Assembly: GCF_001194135.2 (NCBI RefSeq)
Contig: NC_068982.1
Coordinates: 98,880,006-98,944,005 of the forward strand
Direction of reading: 5' to 3'
DNA length: 64,000 bases
Origin: Octopus bimaculoides
Lineage: Eukaryota
Part shown: one piece after another, positions 56,501-64,000 of the stretch
Position numbering within the stretch: position 1 is the first letter of the stretch
Layout: each line of letters starts with the position of its first letter
The notes under the pieces: model-generated
The model's input: only the letters and a program-made list of their open reading frames with translations
What the model was told of the DNA's origin: nothing
Databases searched by the model: none
Position numbers and translations under genes: made by a program

Positions 56501-59500
56501 TCACAGTTCATTCAGCTGTAGGTCTAATTGTACACTTTACCATATACATGTCAGTTAATTCAATCCATGAGCTTGCTTTAGAATATTGTACATAAGAATT
56601 CCGAGATGTAAATAGGCAATATGTTACAACATCTCTAGTTAGAAGTGGTTCTAAACCAAAATATTTCAGTGCACATCTATCAGTGATACACTGAGTTGAA
56701 CATTATAGCTTTTTTTCTTCTCCATATTGGTATTGCAGGTCTGCTGTTTTACTTATTTGCATTCCTTGCTATGTTCCTTCTTTCTAAGATTGTCACTTAA
56801 CATTTATATTTTCTCTTCTACTGTACTATTCTATCATGAAGCTCAACATCCAATTTTCAGGTGAAACTTGCACTTTTCTTTTTGTCTGAACCATTTTGCT
56901 TCTGAATTTTTGACATCCTTAACCTAAAATCACTAACTTTTAATTTATGCAGAAGGAGTATAGCTTTTACAAAGTTCACAATTATTAGCTTGTCTTTTTC
57001 TTGGTTAACATATACAAATTCAATCTGGTTCTTGTGCTTATCTGAATAGCAGCTGACCACTTTGGTGAGTGACTTTTCAAAATTTAGTAATTTGTATTAC
57101 AGACTTCCAGGAAACTTGATACTGTTTCATTTCTTCATAACAGAAATCTTCAGTGTACCAGTTCTGGTACTTCTCAACATAGCCTAGAAAACTATTGCAA
57201 CAACCTCTTGTTTTACCATGTCTGATAATAGTCAAACTAAAATTAAGAATCTGAAAAAAGAAAAGTCCTGACTTTTTGACAGACAGTTATTAAAACGTAC
57301 AGCCAAGGAGTGTTAAACTCTAACAATACATAAACTGTGTGCCCAGTATTGACATGATACATACCAGCCTTATGGTTGTTGCTTTCATTCAAAAAAGAGC
57401 TGAATAGGAAAAATGTTAGCTTATAAAAAGAAACAACAATTAGGCATATACCTTGAACCCAAATGATATAAACACATAGGCCAGAAGCTTGTTGTTGTGT
57501 CTGATTCAAGTTGATTATATTGGCTTGCTATCCATGCCACAACATATCCTCATATTTACGCAAACAAGGGAGATTGGTATCAAACCCAAGTGCTAGAGCA
57601 TGCAAGTATTACTTATGCGTATTTGTCCTCATTATAAGTGGAAAGGCAGTACTTCAATGGCTAATGTGTTAAATTTTCAGAAAATAGTACCACCTATCAT
57701 GTTATAGTTGGTTGCAACAACCAACTCCCAGTTTGTTTATCCGGACATGTCCACTAATGTCCTTTCCACCTGGACTTGTGTGAAGAATCTCACTGAAACT
57801 TTTGCAAATACTTTGCACTTTCAGAGTGAAGAGCTGATGCTGTACCCAGCAGTTAACAAGGTAGCTAGCTCATGCTGACATTACTGATGTATTGGCTTAG
57901 CATTGAGATGAACTTTGGCTTAACCAGAGTATAACACATTTTACTTACAAATGAATAGTACTGAGATAAATTCAATTTCACACCATAAACCAATAATATC
58001 AGTTCTCTTAACACATAAACTGAACCACTGTTTCATGACTGAGATAAATTTAACAGCTATGTTTTTCATAGCGTCAACTGTTAGCAGCTCACTTGATATA
58101 TGTAGCTGCAAGGCTCTAAACCAGCTCTGGTCAAGCTGACCTATTCTAAGTTGGCAGTCAGCCAAATGACCAACATAAGTGTTATTCCAGAAATACTATG
58201 CTGGACCAGATATATCTATAGTGACATGGCACTAGAAAAGTTTCTTGTAAGGTTAAGAGTCCTCACATCATAATCAGTTTTAATTCAAAATAGCTGCTCT
58301 TCTAAACAATTTGACATTTTATATACAACTAAACATCATAGTTATATAACAGTAAATTATGTTTACAAATGGTATTGAGAATATGAAATAGTGTACAAGT
58401 ATATTAGTAGCACTCTTTGACCCTTGCTGCATGGAAACCAAGTATACTTGGTTCTGTGCATGTACACTTGAGACACAGAAATCAAGTTTACTTGCTTTTT
58501 GATAGTAGGGTACTTTCTAGAATTCTCCACATTTCATATGATAAAGTATGCACATTTTTGTGTTACTGGTGGTACGAACTGATTTGCATATGATTAGTGA
58601 CATTAGTATGTAAAAATTTAGTCAGTGCAGTTAGGGTTAAAGATACAGCCATATTGCCTTCACGACTTGTATTACCCGTTTTAAAATACTTAGTTTTCAA
58701 ACTATACAAAGTTCCTTTCCAAACATTAGAAATCTTTTCTTTACTGTAGTTCCTTACATCTTGTTAACTTTCAGTCCTTATATAAAAAAAAAAAGAAAAA
58801 GAAAAAAAGGCATAAACATTGCATAAACTTACTCTATAACTCAGGAGAGAAATATCAAGATTAGTTTTCTCTTTCCTTTCGAAAATGATAAAAGTTGACA
58901 TTTAATAGTGGCTATACATATCTGTAGTTACAGATATGATTTTGAGATAATCTAACAGGATCAAGATTTGAGAAATTTCTGAAGTAAACAGATATAGCTA
59001 ATACATAGAGACAAACAAATGCACAATGAAATAGCCATATTAAGGTCTCTTTAACTTTCATCCCACTGAAATATTTGAAGCAGTTGACAACAATAAAATA
59101 AGATTAATTTCATAATTTTATTGGACATCAGATGTAATAAAATAAGTCCAGCAAATTTCATAGTACACATGACAAAATTGCTAAAATATGTCCAAAATAA
59201 GAGAACTTAACAGTTGTTTTTTTAAAAAAAAACAAACGAGAAACAAAAATAGAAAATAAACAAAAAAACAATGACTGTGGTGATTGACAGTCTGGTAAAA
59301 AGGAGCTAATAGTTTAACTTAATGTTGATGTTTGTAGCCCACCCTGGAATATAAAGATTAAGAAAATGGCAGGGGGAGGAGAGAAAAAAAATGATAATAA
59401 ATAAATAAAATATCCACAAAGCATAAAGCTGTAACTAAAGACATGTTGAGAACCATGTTGTCATTGATTCTGCTGTTAATTTGGTACTGAAAACAATTGG

Positions 59501-59532
59501 CATGATGGGGGGAGGAAAAGAGGTAGTGAGGG

Positions 59533-59565
<33 letters not shown>

Positions 59566-62552
59566 TGACAGAGAGAGAGAGAGAGAGCATTTCTATGTGA
59601 CAAGTAGGGAGAAGTAGAACTGGCAGTGGGTATAAGGTAATGTTTAGAAGCAGATTTGGTGATAAGGAAAGGTGAAACATAATAGGTAGAGATCAACTGT
59701 AATCAATTTGGAAACTGAAGAAATGTAGAAATCAAGAGGCATTTCCCATTTCACTAATATTCTCTTCATATTGCACATAATTCTACAGTAAATATTATTG
59801 TGAAAATACACACATCTAAGGAAATAAATGCATACATAATTAATTTTTCTCATATAATGTATACATATTGATAGCTGTTGAAGAAGTAAAGGGAATCTTG
59901 AATAACTCCTCTGTTCCACATTTAGCTGACATTGACCTCCTACCACTTTTAGTTATAGAGTAATCTGAACAATAAAGGACTAAAAGAAGCAAGCAGTTGA
60001 AGGGGTATGTGGAACTACCATGGTACACATTGGTGGACGGGTGCAGTTCACTTGTGAAATGTGAACAGTGAGTAATTAGAAAATTCATGATAATTCATCA
60101 GCTGTTACAAGCAACTGCTTCTCTGAACACCAAATGTAGTATGTATTTTCGATATGGTATAATCAATTTTGATATTATGAGTACATATTTTTTCAGGCAT
60201 CCTATTTGGTTATGTGTAGACATGCATTTGTAATGTACAGAAACATTTTCCAATGCAGTTACATAGTCCTTCAGTTTTACATGTATGGTTAAAGGCACAA
60301 CTAAAGTTGATTTTATTTTATCAAAACATAAATTATTTTACATGATCAGCAATGTGTAAGAGATCACATAGCTTGCCAATTAACTTACTTAAATTTCTTT
60401 TTTAATTTGAAAATACATGCTAGAGAGAAAAAGAGAAAAAAAAAACCCCTGAAGATACAAACGACTGTCACCTTGGAAACCTATAGTTGTGTCTTCAACC
60501 ATATCTATGTAAATATGAGCAAATTCTAAGTCAGTTTCCAAAGTACTAATTGGTACTCAGTAATTTTTGATTGGACCTAATGGTGAGAGAGAGAGAGAGA
60601 AAGACAACAAAGGTTTTAAATGATTAACTAACTGCACACATACTATATAGTAAGATGGCGATATACACTGCTGGAATAGTATAGCTACTTTGGATTAGAT
60701 GGTAAACACTAATTCTCCAACTGACCATTGAAGTTAAGCTTTGCAGCACAGATGTCCTGTACAAATATGTCAAAAGTTAAGGTAAGGGAGAGGGGTGAGG
60801 GAAACTGGCAGGAAACTCTTAAAAGACAAAATCAGAATGTAAGGAAAATATGTTGTAAAATTGTTTGCAGAAACATTGGTATTGTTGACATCAAAATTGG
60901 CAAAGTTATTAATATAGTCTTTCTACAGTTATTACCTTGTATGAAAAGCCAAATATAGAAATGAAACTGGTTCTAAGAGAATCAACCCACTGAGTATTAG
61001 ACAGTCCTAAACAAGTCTTACAGTTTTACTGTCAATTAAATGAAACCGGTTTTGAAGTCTACTGAATTTTTTGTTAGGGTTTTACTGACTATTGGTGTGT
61101 ATACATGAGATGGGGAAGGGATCATAATAATTTGCACATTCAATCAACAATCTTCAGTATTTCAAATCTTTTAGTTCATCCACCAATTTCAAAAGCACGT
61201 CAGATTTATTGACCATTCGAGTTACCAAGCTCTCATTTAAAATTAATGTTGCTTAACTTTTGAGATCAGCTAAGTTTTGGTTTTCAATAAAAATTATAAA
61301 AATAGTTTTTATTTTTTTTTTTAGACAAAAAGAAAGAAAGTTAGTACAAAAGAAGAAAGAAAAGTAGTTAGTACAAAAGAGAAAGGAAACAGCCTCCAAA
61401 TATAGCAATGTTACACATGCCAAAAAAACAGTACTTTAGGAATATATATAGTAGCAATACAAATTTGACTGTTTTTTTTTTAATTTTTTGGTTTTGTTCT
61501 TGTTATTTTATTTATCTCTCCTCAATATCTTACATTCATTAGTTGGTATGAAGCATATTCTTCCTGTTCTCACATCTCTTATATTTAGAGACTTTCTATT
61601 AAGTACATAGTAAAAAGGAAAGAACATGATAAGTTTACTTATCAGTACAAGAGAAAGAAAGCTTTCATAAATTATACAAGAGATGTATAAGAAATATTCA
61701 ATATATGTTCATCTTTAGAAGCAAACTGTTATGTCAGTCAGTGAAATACATGCTCTGCAGCAGCAAGCAGTATATACCACATGATACACATGCTTCATCA
61801 AAATAAATCTCTAACGGTTACAGGAAATAAACTTGGCAATTTTGAGCTCAACTTTCCCAACAGGCTTCACAAGTAAACAGAAAGGGTTGGGAGAACTGAC
61901 TGTTTGCTCTATAATAATACTATTTCATGTAACTTCTTGACAAAAGAAGCGAATGAAACATAGTGTAAGATAAATTTATAATTCAGTGGAACTGGTGAAA
62001 CTTGAGTTACTATGAGTAAAAATGCTCAAAATTTAACCCAAGGTTGCTAATATGTAAAAAAGTGTTTTTTAAAAAAATCTCATACTAGTAGCAGTCCATT
62101 CAAGTAAAAGTTGAAATGTTTACAAGGTTTATTACTTTATAATTTCTACAATCAAACATATAGTAATTAGTTGATCATGTAATTATTATACAATATATTG
62201 ACATATACATCCCAAGGGCACCAACAGGTTCAGAGTCCAGATTTGAAAAGATCTCCTCTCAGCCAATAATGAGTTTTTAGATAAATGTTTACAAGTTATG
62301 GAATATATACTGTACAGAATGGAGAAGCTTAAACATCCTTATAAAACTAAAGTAAAAGGTTCAAGAATGTTTTAGCAGCAATTTTTTAAAATAATTTTTG
62401 GTTTTTGTTGTACTTTTAGGTTCTTCTGTTTGGGTTGAAATAACTAAAACTTTAGTGCAATACCTTATAAAATCATCTTGTACACAGACTGATTCGATAG
62501 CATAAATATATGCATGTGCACACAAACACACACACACACATACATATATATG

Positions 62553-62598
<46 letters not shown>

Positions 62599-64000
62599 TT
62601 CACACAGACAAAGCAAACAAGCTGATTTTACAACTGCTTCAGTTGGTAAATCCACCTATTACAAAATATGAAGATAGAAGTCAATATCTAATCAGGACAA
62701 GAACTTTTATTGAAATATGGAGTTAAATAAGAGAAGTAAACCACAGACAAAAAGTTGCAGCTAATATAAATATATGGACAATCGGAAAATAGAAATTTCT
62801 AAATAATGAAGGGAACAAATTTAAATAGAATTCTTTATCACAGTCCTGAAACGAATAAGATGATTTATTAGAAGTAAAAAAGAAGAGGAAGAGGAAGAAG
62901 AAGCAAAAATGAAAACCAAAAGCTCAATTCACCAATTTATAAATGCAAGAGAAAGTTAACCTCAAACAGTATAAAATATTTTTCTACAGAGAGATGGTGT
63001 TCATACATTATTAGGCAACACATAAGCCAGATCCTGTTTACTGAAGATTTTGATTTTCTAAATAGTTCTGAAGTATTTGAATATATATTCAATGTATATA
63101 ATAATTAGCCAAAGTAAGTTGGTCAGTAGTTTGAAAAGTATAAGGAACATTTTGGATACTGAAAATAAACTGGGAGTAGAAAACTGGGCAGTCCTTTAGT
63201 AGTCAAGAAAAAGAGCTATGAAAATTGAGTATAAAGTCAGGAATATAACAAAATTTAAAGGCTGGGACCTACTGAATGTTTCCTTGAGTGTTAATAGCAC
63301 AAACCATAAAGTAAAAAAAAAAACAAAAAAAAGCAACAGTTGACAGACCTCAACTGAACTCAGTGTCAGAATAAACTCATGACTCTGCAATACATCTGGG
63401 AAGACTGGAGCAATGAAGAGAGGTAGGCAAAGGGAGAGCTGGGATTTCATTTCTTTTGTATTTCAAACAACAAGACAGATGTATTCTTCACAGTACTGGG
63501 ATGTCAGATAACACAGAAAAATGATCATAGTGTTGAACAGATTTCACATGAACAAATAAACTAAGATGTTTGTTGTAAAGAAAAGAACAGGGAATGCCTC
63601 AGGGTCAGTGACTCTACAGTTTGGTAAATGTAAGACTATTATGGATTTCAAAGTTGAATGTAACTGGATGTGGTAAGAATTATTGTATATGTTATAGCAT
63701 GTGATGTGGGTAAAGGGTATATGATTTATAGTGTAAAAGATGTAACAGTTTGGGCTGTAGTGAAGTAGAGGTTGTACAGATTGTAGTGTGTGATATATAT
63801 CCAAAAGTAGTATGAAGTGCAGAGTGTGGTGTAGGCTAAGGACAATATAGAAAATGTAGGGTATAGTCTAAGTGAAAACTACCCAGAGAGCCTAATACTG
63901 TATCGAACATAGGCATGGCTACCTTCTAGTTCATAGAATAAGATTGATACTAGTGGTGCTCAGTCTTTTTGATTTTGTGGTGCACTGGAGATGGACAGAA

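Noticed and set aside
63196-63450. 84-aa hydrophobic minus-strand ORF as a terminal exon of a neighbouring gene
   Set aside because: Its hydrophobicity comes from a poly(T) run, and it has no recognisable domain or convincing splice context.

Overview
This is AT-rich, repeat-dense animal genomic DNA with several N-gaps. The SINE and LINE families point to a coleoid cephalopod, probably Octopus (inference). One + strand gene dominates: an NME8/NME9 (TXNDC3, outer-arm dynein IC1-like) homologue with 17 coding exons from ATG 4332 to TGA 50909. All introns are GT-AG, and I checked the reading frame across every junction. The protein (about 850-880 aa) has an N-terminal thioredoxin domain with a degenerate WAGPC site, an acidic linker, three tandem NDPK domains, and an acidic tail built from a near-perfect 30-bp coding tandem repeat, (KPPEAAE[E/A]TE)n, interrupted by an assembly gap. 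Introns and flanks hold decayed transposons: several tRNA-derived SINE families; RTE, CR1/Jockey-group, R4/Dong-like and HERO-like non-LTR fragments; mariner, Tc3-like and DD37E Tc1-like elements; hAT, Tigger-like, TTAA-flanked and long-TIR MITEs; a probable solo LTR; and micro- and minisatellites. The last ~7.5 kb has no recognisable transposon and may be the 3' UTR of a convergent gene. I found no tRNA, rRNA or CRISPR loci and no new multi-gene system. The leads most worth following are the altered redox and catalytic motifs and repeat tail of the NME8-like protein, and a few uncommon transposon lineages. Family assignments come from recalled consensus motifs, not database searches.
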